Assembly (NCBI GenBank): GCA_025558095.1
Contig: JAIVFI010000002.1
Span: forward strand, 1,240,001 to 1,304,000
Length of the DNA: 64,000 nucleotides
Reading direction: 5' to 3'
From: Hyaloraphidium curvatum SAG 235-1
Lineage: Eukaryota > Fungi > Monoblepharomycota
The notes under the pieces are model-generated. The model searched no databases and was not told where the DNA came from. It was given only the letters and a program-made list of their open reading frames with translations. This document shows positions 46,610 to 57,834 of this stretch, piece by piece (position 1 is the first letter of the stretch; each line of letters opens with the position of its first letter). The translations under genes were made by a program, and so were the position numbers.

Positions 46610-48403
46610 TCAGTAGGCCAGCAGGTCCCCGAACCCGTCCGCACCATCCAGCAGGCCCTGCAGCGCGCCGTCGGCGTCCACTGTCCACGGGCCCTCTGCT
46701 GCCGCGGAAAGGTCCGCCTTGAGAGGAAAGCCGCCGCCGAGCGATGCGAGATCCAACGAGAAGCCGGCGTCCTGCACGAAATCGGGGCCCAACGATCCGT
46801 CTGCGTCCCACGGGCTGTCCCACGACCCGTCCGCCTCGGTCGCCGTCCCCTCCCTCGACCCATCCTCCCCGGCTTCCGGCGCGGGCGCCTCCACCGCCCT
46901 CCAACCCCCCACGCCCTCCCTCCACGCCCCCACTTCGGCCGCCACCGCCGCCGCCGCCTCCGCCAGCATCGCCGCGGCCCCCCTTCCCCCCGGCTCCGAC
47001 GCCAAAAACGCCGCGGCCCGCACCACGGCCTCCATCCCCCGCACCTGCCCCCCCGTCCTCGCAGCCAGCCGCATCCTCGCGAGCCGGAACTGCCCCGCCG
47101 CCAGCGCGGCCCCCGGCGCCGCCTCCCTCCCCCGCACGCCCCACCCGCCCCCCCTGCACGCCTCGATCCACGCGTCCACCGCGTCCGCCGCGCGCTCCGC
47201 GGCCTCGCCCTGCGCGCCGGGAAGGGACATCCGCGCCAGCCCGTCCTCCAGCGCCGCGGGGCAGGGGGTGGGGCAGCGCACGGGGTCCGTGGGGCCGCGG
47301 GGGAAGGGGTTCTGCCAGCATGCGCGGAGGGCGGCGGGGCGCGGGTGCAGAGCGAGGAGGAGGGCGAGGGGGAGGAGGGCGCGCTGCGTGCGGAGTTCGG
47401 GGGAGGGGGAGGCGGGGGGGAGGAGGGAGTGCAGGAGGGCGAGGTGTGGGAGGATCGAGGGGCCGAGGGGGTGGGAGGGCGTGGTGGGGAGCTGCGCGGC
47501 GCGGGCGCACAGATCCAGGAGAACGGCGATGCGGGCGGGGTGCGGGGTGCGGGCCCAGAGCGGGGCCAGGTTGGCGCGGTCGCCCTTTGCGAGGGCGGCA
47601 AGGATCTCGGAGTAGCGCGGGCCGTGCGGTGCGCGGGGCCAGCCGGCCGGCACGCGGAGGTGGTCGGGCACGGCGATCCGGGGAGGTACGAGGGCGTCCA
47701 GGGCAGCGAGGCGGTCCGAGGAAATGGCCACAGCCCACGCCCGGCGCCACTCCTCTGCCGCAGCCCAGGCGGCGGGCGTGGCTTCCGCAGCGGGGCCCGA
47801 GGCGGCCAACGGGCCCTCGCGGACAACCATGCCGCTCAGGGCGCCGGCGAGCAGCGCCAGCACGCGGGCGCGAACCACGGCGGCGGCGTCGGAGGGGTCC
47901 GCAGCGGGGACGGCGGGCTGCGCGGCGAGGAGCACGGAGGCCGCCAGCGCCGCGGGCAGCGGGTCGGCATCGAGCAGGCCGCCGGCGACGGAGCCGAGGA
48001 GTTCGGGGGGCGGTGCGGCGACCGCCTCGCCGGCGTGGTGCGCGGCGCAGACAACGGCGTACTCGACGGCGAGGCGCAGCGCCGGCGGCTGTGCGGCGAG
48101 GGCGGCGGGCGACAGCCGCGCGGGGTGCAGCACCGACAGCGCCGCGAGGCCCGCTTCCCCGAACCCCGCCGACCCGAGGAGCACCGCCGGCAGCCCCGCG
48201 GGCGGCACATTGGGCGGCTGGGTGGGCGCCGCCCCGTCCCCGTAGTCGCACGCCCTCCCCGTCCGCGAGCACCGCCCGCACCGCGGCTTCGCGCCGTCGC
48301 ACTTGTGCCGAACCGCCCGGCAGTGGGCGCACGCCCGCGGCGTCACCGTCGCCGGAGCCCGGCGAACACGCCGGGCTGCAAAAGGCGCCGGCGTCCCCTC
48401 CAT
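46610..48403 (-). CDS. Zn(II)2Cys6 transcription factor
   Basis: RACAHCRAVRHKCDGAKPRCGRCSRTGRACDY; EEWRRAW. Start at 48403 or 48460. Confidence 0.88.
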   Translation of the reverse strand: MEGTPAPFAARRVRRAPATVTPRACAHCRAVRHKCDGAKPRCGRCSRTGRACDYGDGAAPTQPPNVPPAGLPAVLLGSAGFGEAGLAALSVLHPARLSPAALAAQPPALRLAVEYAVVCAAHHAGEAVAAPPPELLGSVAGGLLDADPLPAALAASVLLAAQPAVPAADPSDAAAVVRARVLALLAGALSGMVVREGPLAASGPAAEATPAAWAAAEEWRRAWAVAISSDRLAALDALVPPRIAVPDHLRVPAGWPRAPHGPRYSEILAALAKGDRANLAPLWARTPHPARIAVLLDLCARAAQLPTTPSHPLGPSILPHLALLHSLLPPASPSPELRTQRALLPLALLLALHPRPAALRACWQNPFPRGPTDPVRCPTPCPAALEDGLARMSLPGAQGEAAERAADAVDAWIEACRGGGWGVRGREAAPGAALAAGQFRLARMRLAARTGGQVRGMEAVVRAAAFLASEPGGRGAAAMLAEAAAAVAAEVGAWREGVGGWRAVEAPAPEAGEDGSREGTATEADGSWDSPWDADGSLGPDFVQDAGFSLDLASLGGGFPLKADLSAAAEGPWTVDADGALQGLLDGADGFGDLLAY

Positions 48404-48585
48404 CGCGGCCGGAGGCAGGTCCGGATGCGGACGTTCCGAAACCACGTGGCTGGGGAGCATCTCGCGCCGATCACTCGATTCACGGCTCCCGGCTGCCCAT
48501 CACCACGGGCGAGGTGCCCGATCAGGTCCAGGCCATCGGGCAAGTCCTCCGCCTCATCGATCCGGGGATCGGCCTTCCCGATCTC

Positions 48586-48587
<2 letters not shown>

Positions 48588-48616
<29 letters not shown>
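48588..48616. repeat. 29-nt poly(C)/poly(G) homopolymer
   Basis: Uninterrupted C run in the region upstream of the Zn2Cys6 gene. Confidence 0.9.
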
Positions 48617-48618
<2 letters not shown>

Positions 48619-48781
48619 GGCTACGGCGGTGACGGGGCGATCGCCGAGGGGCTCGCGGACGAAGACGGCGTGGGGCCAGGCGGGCTGCGTAAGGTGTCGG
48701 ATTGACACGACACCAACTGACCGTCTGCTGCAGAGCAATCCGGCCTTCACCTCGCTGCTCGACCTTCGCCGCTGTCAACCG

Positions 48782-49355
48782 CTAATCGGAGCACTGCGAC
48801 GGCGGGCACGCGGACCCCACAACGGCGAACAGCGTGGTCCCGGTCTCTGTGCCCCACGTGCTGCACCCGGTCATGGTCCTGCAGCTGTTGGCGGCGGTGA
48901 ACGCGTAGTGCGTGCACCCGGTCCTGCCGGCGCACGCCTGGCTGCAGGCCTCGAGCGAGGTCGCCCCCGCGTGGGTCTGCTGGCCCGTCGGCTGGCAGCA
49001 CAGCCTGTTTGCGCCGCAGCTCGTGTCGGAGGCGTAGCGGCGGTACAGCGCGTGGTCGGCGTGCGGGGCGGCGATGCAGGCCACGCGGTCGGCGGGGGCG
49101 CCGGGGTGGGCGAACTCGCTGGGCGTGGGACGCGGGCGTCAGGGCCGCGCGGGCAGCGCCGAGCGCGGCGCACCAGAATTCCCATTCCGCGCAGTCGGCG
49201 CAGCTGCGTCGGAACACGGCGGGCGGGCCGCCGGCGATGGGCGCGGGCCTGAGGCGGCGGTCAGGCCGAGGCGGGGGCGGCGGCGCGGCAACCCACGACG
49301 CGGCGGTCGCGACGGCGGCGGCGAGCAGGGCGGCGAGCACGAGCTGGGTCCGCAT
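48782..49355 (-). CDS. Small secreted Cys-rich protein with PAN/apple-like C-terminal module (family member 1)
   Basis: Signal peptide MRTQLVLAALLAAAVATAA; VFRRSCADCAEWEFWCEF..DRVAC..LYRRY; PAN-like SLEACSQACAGRTGCTHYAF..C. Confidence 0.75.
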
Positions 49356-49951
49356 CGCCGGGCCGATGGAGGCGGGGCGCCCTGGGGGGGATGGGGACAC
49401 GGGTCGTAGGGAAACGGGAAACGAGGGATCCAGGGACGTGCCGTTGCGCTCTGTCCTCCCGAATCGGCAACGCGCATCACTTCGAGCTCGACGGGCCGGA
49501 AAGCCGGCCGGCGCGCGGCGTGGAGCAGCTGGTTTCCGTTCAGGCGGCAGCAAGTGGGCTCGGCGACGACTTTCGTGCGGTCGATCCGCGCGGCCTCCAA
49601 GGGGAGCGAGCAGTCCCAATGCGCGAGGGCGTCGGGTTTCCGATCGCGTCGAAGGACGCTGCGGCCGGGTGCGTATTTTCTAAGAAGGGCCCCGGAACGT
49701 GCTCGCAGTCCAGCGAAAGCAACGTCAAATCCGCGGGGAAAGAGAATTCGCCTGGCGGAAAGACGTGGCCAAGTTGCGCAGGCTTGAAAGTTCCTCGATG
49801 ACCAGCATCAGCACCTCGGAAGGGAACACGGGCGCGTCGCCCGAAGCGCTTTCCGTTATCTGCTCCGTTTTGCTGGAATCCGCGGCGATCGAGTCTTCAA
49901 TGAGTCGGACCGGGAAAACCCTTCCCCCGCTTCGTCCAGCTCGCCGCCGAA

Positions 49952-51268
49952 ATGGCTCCCACGGCGTCGGACCTCTCCTCCTTCCCTCTGCGGACCGCGC
50001 GCGTGAATGGCATCGATATGCGTCCGTGTTGTGTTTCGGGCACCCATTGGCGTCCCCGGCTCACGGTTCGGCCGCAGGGTTCGTCGACGCGAGGCCGGAC
50101 GGGCGCGAGCTCGGGACGATGATCTTCATCCACGGGTTCCCCGAGGCAGGCCGATTTGCGGGAGCCGAAGTGCCGGTATCTCCTGACGTCTCCATCGCCC
50201 CAGTCTTGGATGGAATGGCGGCACCAGATCCCGCACTTTGTCGCGAAGGGATACCGGGTCATCGCGCCCAACACCAGGGGCTACAGTGGGGTCGTTTGCC
50301 GATTGGAGGCCGTCGGCGTGTTTTGATGGTCCGTGTGCGCGCAGACAAGGGGGAGCCGCGGCCGAGGGCAGCGGACAAGGAGCTGAAGAACACGCACTAC
50401 ACTCTGGCCAACGCGGCGCGCGACATGAAGGAGCTGCTGGACCACTGCGGGGTGAAGAAGGCCATCGTGGTTGCGCATGACTGGTGAGCCTGCCCGGTGT
50501 GCACGTTGCCCGGGTCGGACCTCACGTCGGACATCCTGCCAGGGGCGCGGTCCTGTCGATGCGGTTCTACAACCTCTACCCCGAATACTTCGAGAAGTAC
50601 GTCCTCATCTGCATCCCCTACTCCCTGCCGCCCGCGCAGTACGTGCCGATCGAGGAGGCGGCAAAGGCCGTGAAGCTCCTGAACTACCAGGTCTACTTCA
50701 ACTCGGACAAGGCCGAGGACGAGCTCAACGAGCAGACGGACCTCTTCATCAACTTCTTCTTCTCCCGCATGACCCGCGATTTCCAGAGGGGCATGGACAT
50801 GATCACGCCGACCTTCGGCGTCATCGACTCGGCCAAGGCCAACGGCTACCCGCGCAACGACTGCCTCCTCTCCGCCGAGGAGATCGAGGCGTACAAGAAG
50901 CACATGCGGGAAATCGGGGGCTGGGGTGGGCCGCTCCAGTGGTACAGGATGGGCGAGACCACCTACCGGGATTTCAACGACGGGAGGAAACTGCAGCTCG
51001 AAGTGGAGGTCCCGCTCCTCTTCATCGGCCCACAGTTCGACTCCCCATTCTGGAAGGGCGCGGCGAGCGACGCGATGAGGAAGCACGCCAAGGACCTTAC
51101 GCTCAGGGTGGGTTGGACCGAAGCTCGGCGCGGGTTACCTCTCACCCCGGGGACGAGCAGGAGATCGCCAAGGCGGGGCACTGGGTGGCATACGAGAAGC
51201 CGGACGAGGTCAACGCCATCATTTCGGAGTGGCTGGACGCCCGCGCCGCGGCGGAACCGAAGATGTGA
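49952..51268 (+). CDS. Alpha/beta hydrolase, soluble epoxide hydrolase-like, multi-exon
   Basis: HGFPE/SW..WRHQIP, RVIAP..RGY, nucleophile AHDWG, YQVYF, LQWYR, catalytic GHW..EKPDEVN. Confidence 0.9.
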
Positions 51269-51329
51269 TGCTCGGACTCTGTCGTTATTGATTCCATGAC
51301 GTGAAGATGCCATGTCTTCCCGAGCGATC

Positions 51330-54209
51330 CTACGCCGCGGGCTCGCCAACAAAGAACCACGGGTCGCCCTTCCCCTTTGCCCCAACCTCCACCCTCTCCT
51401 CGGCCACGTAGTCTTCCCACTTGATCCCGCGGTCCCGCATCAGCCTCTCCAGGTGGGGCAGCACCTCCTCCTCGGGCACGAACAGGGCAAAGTCCAGCGC
51501 CGCGTACACCTGGAACTCGGCCGCCTTGACCATCTGCTCCGTCACCCCGAGCTCGTCCTCCATCCGCGAAAACAGCTCCGTGAAGTCCGTGTTCTCCTTG
51601 CTGTCGTTGATCTTGACGGCCAGGAGGAAGCACGCCGCGGCGACGAGGCGCCGGTTCAGCTTGGCCACGCGGCGCTGCGCGACCAGCTTCTCGAAGTAGA
51701 CGAACGACATGGCCGCGCTCGACAGCTCCAGCCCTTCCTCCATGGCCACGTCCACGACCTTTTTCTTGATCGAGCGGATCATCGACAGCGTCAGCGTCGG
51801 GTCCAGGTCCGGGTGCAGCGAGCGGAACTGCTCGTTGATCTCGTCCTTGAGCTCCCGCCGCGGCGCAAACTGGATGATGGAGGAGAGGTACGACGGCAGC
51901 GCCATCACGGTGCGGTGCTTGCCGGTCCGGAGTGTGGGGTCGTCGAGCGCGAAGGGGTTGTACCGGCTGTAAGGAACGGTCGGCGTCCTTGCCGGGTCCG
52001 CGGGTCCCAGCATCCCCGTGCTCCGCAGCGCGGCGGCGAAGCTCTCGGCCTTGATCCGACCCTTCTCCATGCCCGCGGCGGTCATCTGGCCCGGCAGGTA
52101 CGAGCCGATCAGCACCGGCTGGCCGCCGCCCGTGGTGACGACGCCCAGAAGCCCCTGCTGCTGGATGGTCGGCACCGCGACCACAGGCACACCGTCCACC
52201 TCGTCCTCGAACTGCGCTGCCGACGACGGCCGTGCCTGCGTAGCCGGGGTGACCGTGACCTTTGGGCCAGCCCCCACCCTCGCCCGAGGCGTCCCCGGCG
52301 GCACCGAAACATCGTCCGCCGCCCTCCTCCCCAACCTCCCGACGCTCCCGACCCCCGCCTGAACCTCCTGCCCTCCCCCCTCCGCCCTCGCCCTCCTCTT
52401 TCGCACCTCTTGCCCTTCCCTCGCGGTCCACCTCCGCACGGAGGACACCGCCACCGGCCCCCCGGGGGGGGCAACGGTCCACACCGGCCGCCCGTTCGTG
52501 AGCTCCGCCACGAGCCCCTTTCCCGGGGTCCGCAGGCCGCGGCCGGGGACGATGAGCACGTCCTCCTCGCCGTCCCTTTCGGCGGGCCGCAAAAAGGGGG
52601 TGCGGTCGTCGGGGGGTTCCACCGCGGTCGGAAAGTCCGGGGCCGGCTCGCCGGGGTCCGACCGGCGCCGCTTGCCGGGGGGTTGCTCGCCCAGTTCCAG
52701 GTCCTGCGGGGGGAGGGAGCGCGAGCCGAGCATGGAGAGGGTGCGCCAGAGGCCTTTGAAGCCGGCGCGCTTTGCGGCGGTGGAGACCCGGGCGAGGGCC
52801 GAGGTTTGCTCGGGGGTCTGCACGGGCGCGGGGGGGATGTTGATCACCGTCGACGGGGCCAGCGGCTGCGTGGGGCGGGGGCGTTCGGCTTCTGCGGTGG
52901 TGGGGGCCGGCGTCGGGGGCTGCGAGGTGACGGTGGGGACGGCAGAGGTCACCGACGGCGCCGAGCTCCCCGAGCCGGCCGAGCCCGTCGACGCCCTGCC
53001 GACCGTGCCGGATGCCCCGGCACTCGAAACGCTGCCGCGCTTGCTGTCCGGCCCTTGCCCGACGAGGCGCGACTTTTGCGCGGCGGCGAGCATCGCCGCC
53101 TCGTTCCTCAACCGGCTGATGGCGGGGCTGGTAGGCAGCGAACCCGCCAGCCGCGTCCGCAGGGAGGCGGGAAGCGCGTCCGCGAGCGAGCCCGCGGCTG
53201 ATTCCGTGACGGCAGAGGAAGGCACGTCCGTGGCCGGGGTAGCAAGCCCCATGGCGGAGAAGCTGACCGGCTCCGGCTCGCGGAACCGGAACCGCGTGCT
53301 GCGCGACGACGCCGAGCCCCTCCCGGAAAACGCCGGCCTCACGCGGCGCCCTGCGCCCCGGTCCTCGATTTCGGTGAGGTCCGGCTCGTCGGCCGTCATG
53401 CTCTCTCCGTCCTCGCCCGCGGCGGCCTGCAGCTCCGCGCGGCGCTCCTCGAGGGCGGCCCAGTCGATGCCGGCCTTGGAGGGCACGCCGAGGGAGATGG
53501 AGGAGAGGAAGTCGACCGCGGCACGCTCCTTGGGATTGAGCTGGGAGTACGTCCGCTTAAGGCGGGGCGGGGCGGGATCGGGGAGCGGGGCAAGCGGGGC
53601 CAGTTGCGAGCCCGGGGTGAAGATAATCTCGCCGAGGGAGGAACGCCGCCGCCGTGCGGGGGGCAGGACGAAAGTGTCGGTGGGGGTGCTGTCCGTGCCA
53701 GGCGCGGTGTGGGAGTGGGGCAGGATGCGGAGCCGCTGGAGCGGCGGGCTGCCTGAGCGGGCGGAAACGCCCGAGAAGAGGGACGTCGGCGACATGGGGG
53801 AAAGCGGGGAGGTGACCGGGCCCCCGTCGTCGCCCTTTAAAGCCACAATGATATCCGGATCCGAGGTCGACAGGCTCGAAAGACTCGACATGGCCGAGAC
53901 GGGTTGGGCACCCGGGGGTTTCGAGCCCGACGACGTCCGGCCCTTTGTCCGCGTTCTGCCCTCCGAGGCCTTCCCGTCCACCACGCCGATAGTCTCCGGC
54001 GCAACACCCGAAGCCGAAGTTTCCTTTTTGTCGGGGATCGGGGGCGGTGGCCGGCCGTGCGGGCCGTACGGGAGCGGCTCGGCCGCCGACGCGTCGCCGT
54101 CCAATGCGGCCGCCGCGGCGCCGTCCGGGCGGGGCGGCCGACGATCGGGCGGCTCCACAGCATCGTTTGACGCGTCCCCAGACGCCTGGAGTGGGTCTGC
54201 GGACGCCAT
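51330..54209 (-). CDS. CABLES: CABLES-like cyclin-fold protein with long disordered N-terminus
   Basis: YNPFALDDP.L.TGKHRTV..LPSY..S.I.F..LK.E.NEQF..HP..LTLS.IR.IK, VYFEKL and LLAVKIND match the CABLES signature; AAVDFLSSISL N-terminal motif. Confidence 0.85.
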   Translation of the reverse strand: MASADPLQASGDASNDAVEPPDRRPPRPDGAAAAALDGDASAAEPLPYGPHGRPPPPIPDKKETSASGVAPETIGVVDGKASEGRTRTKGRTSSGSKPPGAQPVSAMSSLSSLSTSDPDIIVALKGDDGGPVTSPLSPMSPTSLFSGVSARSGSPPLQRLRILPHSHTAPGTDSTPTDTFVLPPARRRRSSLGEIIFTPGSQLAPLAPLPDPAPPRLKRTYSQLNPKERAAVDFLSSISLGVPSKAGIDWAALEERRAELQAAAGEDGESMTADEPDLTEIEDRGAGRRVRPAFSGRGSASSRSTRFRFREPEPVSFSAMGLATPATDVPSSAVTESAAGSLADALPASLRTRLAGSLPTSPAISRLRNEAAMLAAAQKSRLVGQGPDSKRGSVSSAGASGTVGRASTGSAGSGSSAPSVTSAVPTVTSQPPTPAPTTAEAERPRPTQPLAPSTVINIPPAPVQTPEQTSALARVSTAAKRAGFKGLWRTLSMLGSRSLPPQDLELGEQPPGKRRRSDPGEPAPDFPTAVEPPDDRTPFLRPAERDGEEDVLIVPGRGLRTPGKGLVAELTNGRPVWTVAPPGGPVAVSSVRRWTAREGQEVRKRRARAEGGGQEVQAGVGSVGRLGRRAADDVSVPPGTPRARVGAGPKVTVTPATQARPSSAAQFEDEVDGVPVVAVPTIQQQGLLGVVTTGGGQPVLIGSYLPGQMTAAGMEKGRIKAESFAAALRSTGMLGPADPARTPTVPYSRYNPFALDDPTLRTGKHRTVMALPSYLSSIIQFAPRRELKDEINEQFRSLHPDLDPTLTLSMIRSIKKKVVDVAMEEGLELSSAAMSFVYFEKLVAQRRVAKLNRRLVAAACFLLAVKINDSKENTDFTELFSRMEDELGVTEQMVKAAEFQVYAALDFALFVPEEEVLPHLERLMRDRGIKWEDYVAEERVEVGAKGKGDPWFFVGEPAA

Positions 54210-54643
54210 GTCCGCGCCGCCCGTGGGCGGTTGAAAGGCAAGGTGTTTGCTGCAAACCATCAACCAAAAACCAACTTCCTGGAGCTTTACCGCCCGCTGG
54301 AGCTCCTGGGGGCAGTGGTACGCTTCCTGACGCGCCCATCGCTGCCGCTGTTCTGCTTCGCGACTGCGGGCCGCGCTACGTACAGAGATCAAGAACGCCG
54401 AGGCGAGGATCGTGGCCGCTGGCCTGCCTCAACCACCTCCGCAGCGCCCGACCCCGGCCGGTAGCCTCCCCGTGCTCGCCTGCTGAGCTCCGCGCCGTGC
54501 TCGAGCGCGCGGGGTTGAGCAACCCCGCCCTGGAGATCGTGGCGACGGGCCGGGGGCGCTGGAGTTGCCTTACGTGGGCCACCACTGCAGATTGGTTTGT
54601 AATGTCATTGCCGATTGCATTTGGGGATTGCAGTGCGCGATGA

Positions 54644-55455
54644 TCATGTCGCGACACAGCACCCTGCAAATGACCCCGCGGTGCTCGCCGGGCCCGAGTT
54701 CGAGCACTTGTAAGCGCCGGAGGTCGTCCCTGTCACGGCCCCGGTGGCCGCCTCGCAGTAGACCGTCTTTCCGGCGGTTTCGGCCGTGACCAGGACCGCC
54801 TCGCCGCCCGAGATGCACAGCTTGTACACCTGCTGGCACACCAAGGGCTCCAGGAGCAGCGACGGCACGCAGCAAGTAGCACCCGAGGTGGTGTAGCACA
54901 CACCCGAGGTGGTCGTGGAGCCCGTGGCGGTCGGATGCCCGGTGCCCATGTGGCAGGCGGTATACTGGGCCGCGCCGCCGTCGCAGAGCTTGCTGGTGGG
55001 GTAGGCGCCTAGGATGTCCGAGTTGGGGCAGGCGCCGTTGGTGGGCGAGGTGTAGCGGCGGTAGAGCGCCCGCGGGCCGGCGGCAGCATTGTAGCTGACG
55101 CAGGCGACGGAGTCTTTGGGGCCTTTGGGGTAACCGTACTCGCTGTGGGTCGTGGGTCGACGGTCAGTGGGGCGGGCCGTCAGTGCCTGTTGGCTTTCTG
55201 CCGGGGGGACGCAAAGGTCCCACCAAAAGGAGGCTTCAGCGCACTCGGAACATGAACGGCGATAAATGACGTCGCCATTGTCGAGCATCGGCGCAGGACT
55301 GCGGTAAGGGCGACGCAAGCGGATGAGGGACGTGCGGCCCCGCGGTAATGCGCGGCGCGACTTTACCTCGCCGAGGCCGCGGCCGCGAAGAAGGAGAAAG
55401 CCGCGAGGAGGCTCACAGCCACTGCGGCAGGAAGCGAAAGACGGAAGTGTATCAT
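54644..55455 (-). CDS. Small secreted Cys-rich protein (family member 2)
   Basis: Signal exon MIHFRLSLPAAVAVSLLAAFSFFAAAASA; VIYRRSCSECAEASFWCEYGYP.GP.DSVAC..LYRRY; two introns. Confidence 0.75.
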
Positions 55456-56049
55456 TGCTGTAGATTTCTGGGTGTGTGCGTCACCTCACCGTCCTTCGGC
55501 GGGGCGGAGATTTCGCTCGCACCAGCCCGGGCTCCGGAATCTTCGCTTGCGAAGATTTTCACATCCAATCACACGATGTGAGCCCATGGCAAAGCATTGG
55601 TTTGAGCTCCCAAACCCCGCACATCCGTTCCAGACGCCGTTGGAATGCAACTCTGCAGCTACGAGTTTGCCTCGGACGTGAGCGGGGCACGGCCGTACAG
55701 TGCCAGGTCGTGACCGCCGTGCCCGCAGCCCCTGGGAATAACGAAGCACGGCCTGCCACGCAGCTTATTAAGAAAGAGTGCTCCCTCAGGGACTTCGTTC
55801 CGCCGCGACGAACTGACAGCTGTTAAGGGGGGCGATGGGCTCCCTCCGCAGCCCGCTCCCGGAGAGGGCTGGGCATGCGGGCCAGCTCGGGCTCGGAGAC
55901 GGTCACCTCCATTGCGGACTACATTGGGGAGCAAAAGGACGAATGCACCAGAACACTCGGATGCGCGTTCGAGACGAGAGACCTGCCGGCAGGATCAGAT
56001 TGAACACCCGGCAGTGCTCGACGTCCACCAACAGCAGAACGACTATTCC

Positions 56050-56820
56050 TTAGGAGAAGGCGGTGCAGCACCCCGCGATCGACCCCGCGGTCGTTCCCAA
56101 GGCCCCGTCACATATGGCGGAGCCCGTGTTGCCGCCTGTCACGGCCCCCGTGGATGCATTGCAGTAGATCGGCTGTCCTGCGGTCGCGGCTGTGTACAAG
56201 GCCGCGTCGGCTCCCGAGGTGCACAGCTTCTCAGTGCCGCAGGTGCCCTGCAGGACCGAGGCTGGCATGCAGCACACGGCGCTCCCCGCGACGCACACGC
56301 CGGACGCGGAGGCGGCGCCGCTAGCGGGGGCGAGACCGGTGGCCATATCGCAGGCCGCCCACTGGCCGGAGCCGGAGGCGCAGAGCTTGCTGGTGGGGTA
56401 GGAGCCGGTGATGCTCGCGTCGGTGCAGGCCCCGTTGGGGGCGTCGGCGTAGCGGCGGTAGAGCTCACTGCGGGTGCCGGCGCGGTCGTAGGTGATGCAG
56501 GCGACGGAGTCCATGGGGCCGCCGGGGTAGCCGTACTCGCTGTGCGTCGTCGGCGGTGCGTGGGCACGTTGGCGTTAGCTCGAAGGCGGGCATCCCGGCA
56601 GCGAATTCCCACCAAAATTCGGCGGCATCGCATTCGGCACATGCCCGGCGGAAGATGACGGAGGTCTTGTCGAGTGGCGCGGGGCTGCGGGCGCAGATGA
56701 GGGACGCGCCACCAAAACGGTCCTACGCCTTCACCTTGCGGAGACGACAGCGAAAGAGAGGGAGAGAATTATGGCCACGAGGCCGACGGCCTTGACGGGC
56801 AGCGGGAGGGAGCTGGGCAT
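56050..56820 (-). CDS. Small secreted Cys-rich protein (family member 3, tandem paralog of member 2)
   Basis: Signal exon MPSSLPLPVKAVGLVAIILSLSFAVVSA; VIFRRACAECDAAEFWCEYGYPGGPMDSVAC..LYRRY; full-length Cys pattern shared with member 2. Confidence 0.75.
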
Positions 56821-57834
56821 GGTTGTCGTGGTGATGAGGGTGAACACGTCGCTCGGCGATGCCCGCCGAGGGTCTCCCTACTGGCTCGGAAGCGAAATAC
56901 ACGACGGTGTCGGGCGGCATTCCCTCCCCCAATAACGGGACGGCCCCGCGCCCGGCAACAAGAAGTCCACTTTCAAACCTTTGGGATGCGGCCTCTCATC
57001 GGCGGAATCGTGCGCAAGGGACCGGCTGGATCCATGGGAGACGCGGGGCGCGCAGCAACATCTCTGCCTGGCGAATGCAAGACAACCATCCGCCAGACGA
57101 ACTTATTTCCTGCTGCATTGACACCATCGGAGCCGCAACCGATGATCGACATTTTCGAGACAAAGGCGTAACGATGCTGACGCGAGCCCGCGACCAGGGC
57201 CCTGTGTCGGGGGCGGTGGGATCGGGTGAAGAAGGCAGACTATTACGCCAAGGCTATATCTCGTTGTGGTCTATTCTTTCCATGGTTTACCGCTACGATT
57301 TGATGTAGGCCATGGGTCCTGCCCGGGACCGGACTCACGGCCATTGCACCATCCGGATCCTGGCTGACTCGGTGATGTACAGGCGCGTCCTCGCAGCGTC
57401 GTACGCCAGGCGGTACGTGCTCTTGAACATCGTGTTGGCTTCCGACGGCGGCAGGCTGTCCCCTGCGAAGCCCGAAGGGCCGCCTGTGGCCCGTCAAGGA
57501 AATGACCACGTGATGCCGGACGGATGCCGCGGAACGAGGAGGTGCTGCCGCTGCGCGCAGAGGGCTTCGCGCGGTGGGCCGAGAAGCCAAGAGCCCAGGC
57601 AACCGCGATCCGTTCGCGGAAGAGCCGCACAAAGCAGAGTAAAGACCATCGAGGTTCACGGGCTGCCCATCGCGGCCGCCAATCCCGGGGTCTGGATGCG
57701 CCACATCTCCGAGGAGAAGCGCGAGAAAGAGTCAGAGACAGCGCTTTCTTGGAGCTCGGAGCCGTCAGACTGGTCGCCCGGGTGCGATCAGAGTGTTGAT
57801 GGAAGTCACCCGCTCTTCTATGCTCTTCGCGAAT

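Noticed and set aside
55682-55726. Short inverted repeat GCGGGGCACGGC...GCCGTGCCCGC
   Set aside because: An 11-12 bp GC-rich stem is expected by chance at this composition; no target-site duplication or second copy.
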